Positions 17,092 through 25,197 of a DNA stretch of 27,426 nucleotides are shown here, piece by piece. Numbering within the stretch: position 1 is the first letter of the stretch; the number at the start of each line of letters is the position of its first letter. This DNA is from Candidatus Thorarchaeota archaeon (lineage in GTDB: Archaea > Asgardarchaeota > Thorarchaeia > Thorarchaeales > Thorarchaeaceae): positions 1 to 27,426 of the forward strand of contig JBHLRS010000043.1 of NCBI GenBank assembly GCA_048882325.1, in the 5' to 3' direction. The position numbers and the translations under genes are program-made. Below the pieces are notes generated by a model. That model was not told the DNA's origin. It was given only the letters and a program-made list of their open reading frames with translations, and ran no database searches.

Positions 17092-18450
17092 TCATTCGCT
17101 GGATATCTTACTCATGACGTAGACATATTTGCCACTATGTAAAGCGGGAATGTCTTCCACAAACTCCCATTTGATGTTGCATTCAGAAGTCATTACTTCT
17201 TTGATTGCTGATTCGATTGCTGGTTTTTCCTTAAGGAAACGTTCTTCGTTCTTCAGAACTATTTTGATCCGAAGCTCATCATAATCCTCCTGAATAATCT
17301 GAAATCGCTCAATGAAACCTTTATTGAATACTACACCCACAAAATGAATGAAGAACTCAGCTGGAACGATTCCACCTGTTCTTGTTCTTATGATTGACGT
17401 TTTACGTCCTTCAACACTGGCCAGAGTCGGTAGACCACGGCCACATTTACAACCAGGATTAGCTGGAGTTGCTAGGTCACCCAAATTGTATCTGATAAGT
17501 GGCATAGAGAGGTTGTTCAGAGTAGTGACATGTACCTGACCTACTTCACCAGGAGCACAGGGCTCTAAATTCTTGTCGAGGATTTCTACGAAGTTATTAA
17601 ACACATCAAGATGCAAGTTGTCACTAAATGTACAAGAACAAGCTAGGTCTCCCACTTCACGTGTACCATAACGATTGTACACCCGTGTATCGAATGTTGA
17701 TTCGATGGTTTCTCTCATTGAGGGATACAATGTTCCTGCAGCTGTGATTATGCCATTAGGTTTGTGGATATTTCCTATGCCGTTAATCTTTGCAAATCTT
17801 GACAATTCATATATTGATTGAACATACGCCTCGAGTATTTCTGGTCTGAAATAATTGATTTCTTGAATGTATTCTGGTATATTTCCTTGATTCATTCTGA
17901 AAGAGTTCAGTAATCTGCGATTTAGTAGAAAATCTCCAATCCTTGCCTGCAATCCGCGACTTTGACGAAGTATGTCCCTTTCAGAACCCCATAATGACAG
18001 AGTCTTGCATGGATAGTCTGATGCAAAGGAAAAGAACAACCATTTTACTGCATTAGATTTTGTCCAATACACACGGTCTTGAATGAACTTGACAGGTTGA
18101 CCAGTCGAGCCGCCTGAGCTGCCAACATAAGGTTTCCTTCTCTCATAGTCGCTGTCTTGCGACTTCAAATCTGAAAATCTCGATTGAAGTAGGTTTCTAG
18201 TTAATGGTGAGAGCTCCTGGAATTTATTCAAGTGAATCTCTCCCTGACCAACAACTCCTGCTTCTTCCAGTTGCTCAGAATAATAGGGAACATTCTTCCA
18301 AGAGTGTAGAAGTAGAGATTTCAGCTTCTTCTCTTGAAGAGCCAGATTTGACTCAAGTGAGTGAGTACAGCGTTCCTTTAGCCATTTAAATTCAGCATAG
18401 ATATTCCTGCTTCTGAGCTGCAATGCAAGTTTCAGCAGTGCCTTCCTCAT
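17092..18450 (-). CDS. Phenylacetate-CoA ligase family / CapK-like adenylate-forming enzyme
   Basis: NVPYY, SSGGSTGQP (P-loop), YGTREVG, VTTLNNLSMPLIRYNLGD, CKCGRGLP, EGR, SGK. Confidence 0.9.
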   Translation of the reverse strand: MRKALLKLALQLRSRNIYAEFKWLKERCTHSLESNLALQEKKLKSLLLHSWKNVPYYSEQLEEAGVVGQGEIHLNKFQELSPLTRNLLQSRFSDLKSQDSDYERRKPYVGSSGGSTGQPVKFIQDRVYWTKSNAVKWLFFSFASDYPCKTLSLWGSERDILRQSRGLQARIGDFLLNRRLLNSFRMNQGNIPEYIQEINYFRPEILEAYVQSIYELSRFAKINGIGNIHKPNGIITAAGTLYPSMRETIESTFDTRVYNRYGTREVGDLACSCTFSDNLHLDVFNNFVEILDKNLEPCAPGEVGQVHVTTLNNLSMPLIRYNLGDLATPANPGCKCGRGLPTLASVEGRKTSIIRTRTGGIVPAEFFIHFVGVVFNKGFIERFQIIQEDYDELRIKIVLKNEERFLKEKPAIESAIKEVMTSECNIKWEFVEDIPALHSGKYVYVMSKISSE

Positions 18451-18487
18451 TTTTTTCTCACATGTTCCATGTTTAGCTTCTTGCTGG

Positions 18488-19720
18488 CTAGTAGTTTCTA
18501 TCTGCTAGAAGCTGATATAGATTCAGGTATTTTCTAGAAGCTGACCTCAGGGAATTTTTCTCGGAAATTTGTGACCTTGCAGCAGAACCAAGTTCTTCTC
18601 GCTTCGTTTTTGAGTCTAGCAAGCCATCAAGTGATAGGGTCAGCTCCTCAATTGATCCTGGTGTGACTAGGAGCCCAGTTCGTTCATGTTTAACCACTTC
18701 AGGAATACCACAGATTCGAGTTGCTACAATGGGGATTCCAGTAGCAAGTCCCTCAAGAACTGTATTGGGTAGGCCCTCAATCTCTTCACCATGAGTGGAG
18801 GAGGGAAACACAAGGATATCAGCCGATCTCATCAATCTGGGAATCGATTGATTGTCCACAGGTCCTAAGAATTTAATCTTCGTAGATATAGCCAGAGAAG
18901 TTGCTAGTTTCTCTAAACGGGACTTATATCGGGGATCAGGCGCTCTTCCAACCAGAATCAGACAGCTGTCTTGATGCTTCTTGAACACTTTAGCCATAGC
19001 CAGGAACAGATCATCAAGACCTTTTCGCTCTTCGAGTCGACCTACATAGAGGAGGGTTAGTTTGTCTTTGTTCAGGTCCTCACTTGGACCATCTGGTGTG
19101 AATACTGTTGTGTCAACACCATTTCTTATGACGACGATATTCTTGAGGTCAGGATATAGACTTTCATAGACACCTTTCAGATAGTCACAGTTCGCTACCA
19201 CAACATCTGCGGTGCGAAGAGTTGTCCGTTCAATTATACGCAATATGGGAAGGAGTAGGTTCTGTTTTATTGCGTTTTCGAAGAGTTCCTTAATGGAACC
19301 TTGCTTTGATAGACTGAATTGAAAGGTAAAGTGAGTAAGATAGGTGGTACCAAGACGGATGATTAAGGGAATCTCTTTCTGAGCTTGTTTCACAAGAAAG
19401 GATGCAGATCCTGCTACAAGTGGGTCATATGCTTGAATCACATTGCAATGGTCTTTTTGGAGCGATGCTTCGAGATTCCTTGAGAGTGCGATTGGGTCAA
19501 GAGGAAGTCTTGGTTTCTGAGAGGTGTTGATTCTACCCGGATATCTCTCAATCAACTGAGTTGTTGTGAAGTCAGGAGATTTCGAGGCCATTGTGATGAA
19601 AGATGTGGAAACACCAAGAGATTCGATGTGCTGAGCTATATTGAGAGCTTGGATAGCTACTCCACCGCCTTGATGCAGATAATGGATTACATTTGCAACA
19701 TGAAGTCTGCATCCGTTCAA
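18488..19720 (-). CDS. Family 4 glycosyltransferase (GT-B)
   Basis: GGGVA, IRNGVD, YVGRLEERKG, EGLPNTVLEGLATG. Start uncertain: TTG at 19720 (preceded by GGAAGGT), ATG at 19741 or GTG at 19759. Confidence 0.92.
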   Translation of the reverse strand: MNGCRLHVANVIHYLHQGGGVAIQALNIAQHIESLGVSTSFITMASKSPDFTTTQLIERYPGRINTSQKPRLPLDPIALSRNLEASLQKDHCNVIQAYDPLVAGSASFLVKQAQKEIPLIIRLGTTYLTHFTFQFSLSKQGSIKELFENAIKQNLLLPILRIIERTTLRTADVVVANCDYLKGVYESLYPDLKNIVVIRNGVDTTVFTPDGPSEDLNKDKLTLLYVGRLEERKGLDDLFLAMAKVFKKHQDSCLILVGRAPDPRYKSRLEKLATSLAISTKIKFLGPVDNQSIPRLMRSADILVFPSSTHGEEIEGLPNTVLEGLATGIPIVATRICGIPEVVKHERTGLLVTPGSIEELTLSLDGLLDSKTKREELGSAARSQISEKNSLRSASRKYLNLYQLLADRNY

Positions 19721-19829
19721 TACCTTCCACACACAACACATTGACTCTTGATGTGACACCTATACTTTTCTATGACCTTCAGCCTTGTTAGGAATGTTTT
19801 ATCTGTACCCTGAGGGATACGCTCTCAAC

Positions 19830-20342
19830 ATGTCAAAAAGGAGTATAGGAAGAGGGATTGCACACTTCTTGCTGCCTATTCGTAAAGCGCAGGTCAGGTT
19901 TGTAAGAGAGTTTTCCAGAGATGTTGCTGGATGCAAGATTCTCGAAGTCGGATGCGGGGGTAAGAAGGACTTCATCAAATTCTTTGAACTGCAAAACGAT
20001 GTGATTCAAACTGATTTAGAACAGCATCCAGGATGTGAGGTCCTAGATGTGACAAAGATGAGCGTGGAGGAGGAATATGACATCATTCTCGCTATCAATG
20101 TCATTGAACATGTCTATGACTATGGACTAGCAATTCTTAACATGCACAGAGCATTAAAGCCGGGAGGTCGGTTAGTCCTCAGTACTCCCTTCTTTTATCC
20201 CCTCCATGACCTTCCAGATGACTATTGGAGATTCACAACGAGCTGCCTCAATAAAATACTGGGCCTATTTGACAAAGTGGAGATATCCCAGTCCGGAATG
20301 AAATGGGCACCGCACTCGGTTCATGCGATTGCTACGAAGTAG
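19830..20342 (+). CDS. Class I SAM-dependent methyltransferase
   Basis: ILEVGCG, YDIILAINVIEHV, LKPGGRLVLSTPFFYPLHDLPDDYWRFT, a type common in glycan loci. Start re-called to ATG at 19830 (GAGGGA upstream). Confidence 0.9.
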   Translation: MSKRSIGRGIAHFLLPIRKAQVRFVREFSRDVAGCKILEVGCGGKKDFIKFFELQNDVIQTDLEQHPGCEVLDVTKMSVEEEYDIILAINVIEHVYDYGLAILNMHRALKPGGRLVLSTPFFYPLHDLPDDYWRFTTSCLNKILGLFDKVEISQSGMKWAPHSVHAIATK

Positions 20343-20348
20343 ATTTGG

Positions 20349-21536
20349 TCATGGTTTGTATAGTGCATATACGCGTTTGTACTGCTCAGTATGAACCTCA
20401 AACGAATGATGCTCAACCACTAATTTTCTAGCTGCTTCTCCAAGCTCTGATTTCCCTTTTTTAATGCAATGGATAATCAATTCTGCTAAGGCATCAGTAT
20501 CTGTAGCTGGGAAGAGTAGACCATTTTCATCATGTTTTATCATGTCACTCTGACCAGCCGCAGCTGATGCGATGACGGGAGCACCTGAAGCCATGAATTC
20601 AAGAAGCGCTAATGACAAACCTTCTTGTACTGAGGTCTGGACACAGATATCCGCTATGGATAGGAGCTCTAGTTTTTCCGCCTCTGTTAACGCTCCAAAG
20701 AACTTCACTTTGTTCTCAATATTCAAATCTCTTGCGAGATTCTGGAGATTCTCCAGCTCAGGTCCAGAACCACCAATTACAAATGTGACATTATCAAGTT
20801 TTGATAGCACTTTTGCCGCTGCTTTAACCAAGTCAACAATCCGCTTCTCGATGACAAGTCTGCGAACTGTGAGAACAACCACATCACTAGGTTTGATGTT
20901 CATTCTCTTCTTGACCTCTGAGGGATTAATTCGTTTCTTAGTTGAAATCACTTCTTGAACGTCAATCGCGTTCGGAATCACAGTGAGTTTTTGTGGTCGA
21001 GCAAATTGGAGCAGAAGTCGTTCTACGTGATTACTGACCACAACAACGTGATCCACCCTTTCAAGCACGAACCTGATGATGATTTTTCTAAGACCCTTTT
21101 GATAGACATCAGCACCATGTACTGTGACAAGTACAGGAGTACTTGTTATTTTTCCGACTATCCAAGAAACAAGACCAGATGGAATAGCCCAATTTGCATG
21201 AATCATGTGGGGTCTTCGACGAAGTGTAGCTACAAGTAGGCTCAACGTGAAAGCGAGAAGGTAGAAGGGCAGTTGAATCTTGCCTTGAGTGGTCCTGCTA
21301 TTGTGTTCCAAACCAGGGGGACAACCAAGAGTTTGAATCTGTTTTGGCCAGAAATAACCGAATTCGATGGTTCCCAAGCGATTCTTCTGAACCCTTTTGA
21401 TGCACCGGCATCTTGGAACAACTGTGCCAATGGCTACACTCTGTTCTTCCATGCGTGTGTTAAGACTCTCAACAAAATTCCCCCAATATTCATGACCAAC
21501 ATAGGGGAAAGTTGAGGTTGTTACCAAGACACGCAT
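20349..21536 (-). CDS. Family 4 glycosyltransferase (GT-B)
   Basis: Start re-called to ATG at 21536 (GGAGGG upstream; MRVLVTTSTFP). HANWAIPSG, TVHGAD, IPNAID, RRLVIEK, EGLSLALLEFMASG. Confidence 0.93.
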   Translation of the reverse strand: MRVLVTTSTFPYVGHEYWGNFVESLNTRMEEQSVAIGTVVPRCRCIKRVQKNRLGTIEFGYFWPKQIQTLGCPPGLEHNSRTTQGKIQLPFYLLAFTLSLLVATLRRRPHMIHANWAIPSGLVSWIVGKITSTPVLVTVHGADVYQKGLRKIIIRFVLERVDHVVVVSNHVERLLLQFARPQKLTVIPNAIDVQEVISTKKRINPSEVKKRMNIKPSDVVVLTVRRLVIEKRIVDLVKAAAKVLSKLDNVTFVIGGSGPELENLQNLARDLNIENKVKFFGALTEAEKLELLSIADICVQTSVQEGLSLALLEFMASGAPVIASAAAGQSDMIKHDENGLLFPATDTDALAELIIHCIKKGKSELGEAARKLVVEHHSFEVHTEQYKRVYALYKP

Positions 21537-21568
21537 TCTACCGAACCCTCCATCATTTCTATAGTGGT

Positions 21569-22411
21569 TCAAATAGCCTTTCTGACACTTTCAAGCCCCT
21601 TCAGATCATTGACCGGAATCCAAGAACCAGTTGGTATATTCACAGCAAACAGTCGACCCTCCTTTGCTATCACTGGACAGACAATGTTCTCAAAGGAAGA
21701 TTCAACCTCTAGGGAAACTAGCTGTCTGAAAAAGCTATAGACATCAGGGTCAAAGATGGTTATACCAGTGTGCGCAGGAATCGCTATGGGAGGATACTTG
21801 GTGATGTCCATGACCTTACCCTTCTCAAGAATCATCCCTGAGTACTGAAACGGGGTCTCAGGGACCACGATGAAGGTTCCAATGCACCCATTTTTCTTCC
21901 CTTTGAGGTGTCCTTCAAGAAACACGTCACCGTAGGGACGCGGCATCCTGACAATGACATCATCAGGATTGTGAACAATGGATGTCAGCGAGTCATCTAT
22001 TGCACCATTGTTCAATGCATGGAGGATTGCCCCAGCGTTACCAACCTTACGTCCTTCGGGGTCTGCTGAGTACTTGATCTCAGCATCCCACTTCGAGCCG
22101 TCTCCTAGATGTTCCTCGACCTTATCTGCAAGAAATCCTGTGAGGACCACGAACTTGCTGATTCCACAGTCAACATAATCATGAACCACCTTCTCAATCA
22201 TGCTTTTACCATTGATTTTGATCATGACCTTGTTGATCTCTTCACTACTGGTCTGCTCACGAATACGTGTGCCTTTCCCCCCAGCAGGCATCACAACCAC
22301 CGTCTTTGGCTTGAGCTTATCAATCTCCTCCTGAGCCACAGTGGTGTCTGTGTCCTCTGTGTTGATTCGCTTACGGAGTTCAGCCATGATTGATTCTAGT
22401 GTGTCAGGCAT
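21569..22411 (-). CDS. Sugar-phosphate nucleotidyltransferase (NTP_transferase family)
   Basis: VVMPAGGKGTRIR, NKVMIKINGKSMI, LGDGSKWDAEIKYS, GNAGAI, WIPVNDLK. Confidence 0.88.
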   Translation of the reverse strand: MPDTLESIMAELRKRINTEDTDTTVAQEEIDKLKPKTVVVMPAGGKGTRIREQTSSEEINKVMIKINGKSMIEKVVHDYVDCGISKFVVLTGFLADKVEEHLGDGSKWDAEIKYSADPEGRKVGNAGAILHALNNGAIDDSLTSIVHNPDDVIVRMPRPYGDVFLEGHLKGKKNGCIGTFIVVPETPFQYSGMILEKGKVMDITKYPPIAIPAHTGITIFDPDVYSFFRQLVSLEVESSFENIVCPVIAKEGRLFAVNIPTGSWIPVNDLKGLESVRKAI

Positions 22412-22466
22412 GTCGACTCATTCGAGGAATGTATCGACTCTTCAAAAGGATTGTCACAGAGCGGGT

Positions 22467-22580
22467 TCACTCGTCAGACTTGATCTTATAGACCATATGA
22501 TTTCCCTCCTCAAAAGGTGTGAACGTCTTTTTTCCCTCTTCTGGTGTCAACTTCTCGATTGCATCATATATATCAATCAC
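22467..22580 (-). pseudogene. Diverged remnant of a hypC 3' end (37-codon GTG ORF)
   Basis: Translates as VIDIYDAIEKLTPEEGKKTFTPFEEGNHMVYKIKSDE*. The last 31 residues align without gaps to the end of the hypC copy at 24280-24375 (AIERLKPEKAKKTLALFEEMAQMASEMEPEK*): 13/31 aa and 59/96 nt identical by hand count, with the same stop position. Confidence 0.7.
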
Positions 22581-24221
22581 TCTAATTCATTGTGTTTTTT
22601 TAGGTACACAATTATTGTGACACCAGTTATAGAAGCCGAACCAACAATCAATATTGGAAATAGATCTAAAAGTACTGATTTGTTACTTGTTCCATTGATT
22701 TCAATGAATATTGATGATGAAACTCCGTTCAGCCCAGTTTCATCAAGAACTAAGATTGTAATATTGTGATGACCTGGTTCTAACACACCGAGATCTGAAG
22801 TTATTTTTGTAGGAGCCCAATATTTTGAAAAACCGATGTTTGAATCTTCGATTTTTCTTTGGTCTACAAGTAGTTGATATGACCCATAAGTTTTCCATTT
22901 ACTCCGAAAATTATAGTATACATCCCAACTTACAATGACATCTTGGGTTGATGAATTAACGAAATACGATTCTGTTGTTATAAATGGATGAAGACCTAAT
23001 CGTTCCATTTTGTAGACACCATAGTTGTAGTCTTCATCATTAGGAAAGTTCATCTCCCACACGATATCACCTTCATTATTGATTTCACAAAGACGAGCCC
23101 CTATTGAGGTAGAGGGGTGTGTAACTGTGCCAAAAACTCCTAACCTATTACCATTCGGTAAACGATCTGCATCACCCCAATAACTGCTATAGTAATCAGA
23201 CGGGGCTACCCAAGACCATGAAACATTGGCAGTCATTTCAGATTCATCAATCTTTAATTCCAAAATTCTAGATTTTCTATTGTTAGGATTTGTATCATTA
23301 TATACATCGTTATCAAATAGTATGAAGGTGTTTTTGTCCAAAGGTTCGACAGCATGAGCATGATAGAAGAGATTTGTTTTGCGATTCCCAGATAGGTCAT
23401 ATAATGTGAAATCTCCATACTCGCCTAAACCCCAAATTACTTCGCTCGTTGTCCGATTTATCTTATAGAAAGTATTGATGTTGCGCATATTCACGTAGAT
23501 GACATCTTCCTCAACATCCCAGTAAACAGTATTTGTATGACTGACATCTGCTGTCCCTCCGACGAATTCGAAGCCATTCCACATAGACGGATACACAATA
23601 CTGTTGAAAGTATCATACTCCCAAACAATATTCCCATTCAACTCTTTTTCACGCAAGACATCGGTATGATAAACTGTACTGTTGACATCCACGTCCATAT
23701 TATAAATCGATAAGATGGTATTTGAAATTGGATTATAGGACATATCATGATGATACCACCCCATTTCATACTTGGTTAATGAGTCATCATAAATGTTCCA
23801 AAAGTATATGTTCGTGTCAAAAAGGCCAAGAAGAATTGTTGAGGAATTTATCGCATATGCAAAAGCCCATCTAGAACCAGGGGATACAAGTTCTTTAATT
23901 ACATAACCATTCATATCCAGAAGTAGGATTGTTGCATTTCGATCTGCATAATCACTCTGATTTGCTTTCTGTAAGATGAATAGATTCAACGCATCAAAGT
24001 ATCCACCTTTTTTCGTTATATTGAAAGAAATATCATCAAAATCGATGTCAACATTTGCTTCAGATGAAGAATCATTCATCTGAGAATTTTGGATGATTGA
24101 ATGAGATGTGTTCACATTACAATTAACTTGATATTCCAAGAAAAAAAGCCAAGCTATTTGAAAAAACCAAGATGGTGATTATTCCAATCACATGTAAATA
24201 GTTAGCTGTCTTGAAATCCAT
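22577..24221 (-). CDS. Secreted, C-terminally anchored aryl-sulfate sulfotransferase (ASST family); N-terminal signal peptide frameshifted
   Basis: HHDMSY, DVSHTNTV, WGLG, HAHAVE, LFDN, WGDADRLPNGNRL; C-terminal TM LFPILIVGSASITGVTIIVYL+KK. ATG at 24221 after GGGTGA encodes MDFKTANYLHVIGIITILVFSNSLAFFLGISS* (stop at 24123), one base out of frame with the main ORF (22577-24139). Confidence 0.8.
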
Positions 24222-24245
24222 TACAATCACCCACAGAAAGTAGTT

Positions 24246-24572
24246 TACTGCTTCATAAGGTTTGTCAGAAATTGAGTATTCACTTCTCAGGTTCCATCTC
24301 TGAAGCCATCTGAGCCATCTCCTCGAATAGCGCTAGTGTCTTCTTTGCTTTTTCTGGTTTTAGTCGTTCGATAGCATAGCCAGTGTGGACTATGACATAC
24401 TCGCCCACTTCTAATTCAGGCAAAAGAGTGACGCAGACTCACTTTGAGGCCCCTCCAAAATCTACCTGTGCAAAATCACCATCAATGGATTAGACAATGG
24501 CAGGGACAGCTAGACATATTGTATTGCACAGACCGCTGTTCGAATGTAGTCTTTGAATTTTATGAAGCAGTA
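24246..24572. repeat. Perfect 13-bp inverted repeat pair flanking the hypC pseudogene
   Basis: TACTGCTTCATAA at 24246-24258 and TTATGAAGCAGTA at 24560-24572; both lie in non-coding DNA. Confidence 0.75.
24280..24519 (-). pseudogene. hypC: Hydrogenase maturation chaperone HypC/HupF, inactivated
   Basis: 80 codons: (ATA)CLAVPAIV*SIDGDFAQVDFGGASK*VCVTLLPELEVGEYVIVHTGYAIERLKPEKAKKTLALFEEMAQMASEMEPEK*. HypC signatures MCLAxP and VGEYVIVHxGYAI are present. Start is ATA; TAA at 24490-24492; TGA at 24439-24441. Confidence 0.92.
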
Positions 24573-24642
24573 TGCGGCGTATAGGAAAAACTGTAGGATT
24601 ATTAGTGGGGTTCTTCATTGTCAGAAGTAGCGATGATGTTGG

Positions 24643-25197
24643 GTGTTTATCATTACACGTAGAAAGGGGAATTTCCTTACTCGCATTGTTGATTTCATGT
24701 GCTTCTCAATCGTGAATCGAGCTAAATTGGCACAGAGGAAATATCAATCTCGTCGATTGGGATTGGATGAATCAGTGAGATTAGCTAACGTTGTGATTAG
24801 GGGAAACAACATCAAGATTGGTAATCACACCTACATGAATAGTGGATACATCACAACTGCACCAGAAGCTCGTGTGACGATAGGGGAGTGGTGCTCAATA
24901 GGCTACAATGTGTCCATCCTCGCTAGAACACATGATGCATCAATTCCTACGGGTCCAAAAGGTAGTCGGCCATTGAAGCTTGCAGATGTCAAAATTGGAG
25001 AAGGAGTATGGATTGGTAATAACGCTGTGATAATTCCAGGGGTGACAATAGGGGACTATTGCGTTGTGGGTGCAAATTCAGTAGTCACGAGTGATGTGCC
25101 AGAAAACTCAGTGGTGGGAGGTAATCCTGCAGTAGTATTGTACACCAAGAAGGAGGAGAATGTACAGGCTCACAAGAGATTGATTGGCAAAGCCTAA
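24643..25197 (+). CDS. Hexapeptide-repeat (LbH) O-acyltransferase, maltose/galactoside acetyltransferase-like
   Basis: IKIGNHTYMN, VTIGEWCSIGYNVSILARTH, VKIGEGVWIGNNAVIIPGVTIGDYCVVGANSVVTSDVPENSVVGGNPA. Start uncertain (GTG 24643 or ATG 24697). Confidence 0.9.
   Translation: MFIITRRKGNFLTRIVDFMCFSIVNRAKLAQRKYQSRRLGLDESVRLANVVIRGNNIKIGNHTYMNSGYITTAPEARVTIGEWCSIGYNVSILARTHDASIPTGPKGSRPLKLADVKIGEGVWIGNNAVIIPGVTIGDYCVVGANSVVTSDVPENSVVGGNPAVVLYTKKEENVQAHKRLIGKA

Noticed and set aside
17092-18450. paaK / aromatic catabolism
   Set aside because: No other paa genes are present and the gene is embedded among glycan genes; a CapK-like role is more plausible.
22341-22769. 142-aa plus-strand ORF spanning the nucleotidyltransferase/ASST gap
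   Set aside because: Overlaps two real minus-strand genes and has no recognisable motif; the gap is better explained by the hypC remnant and promoter.
24439-24441. In-frame TGA in hypC as selenocysteine or readthrough; RNA-editing rescue
   Set aside because: The position is not a conserved Cys site in HypC, and the gene also has a TAA and an ATA start. No single recoding or editing mechanism repairs all three.
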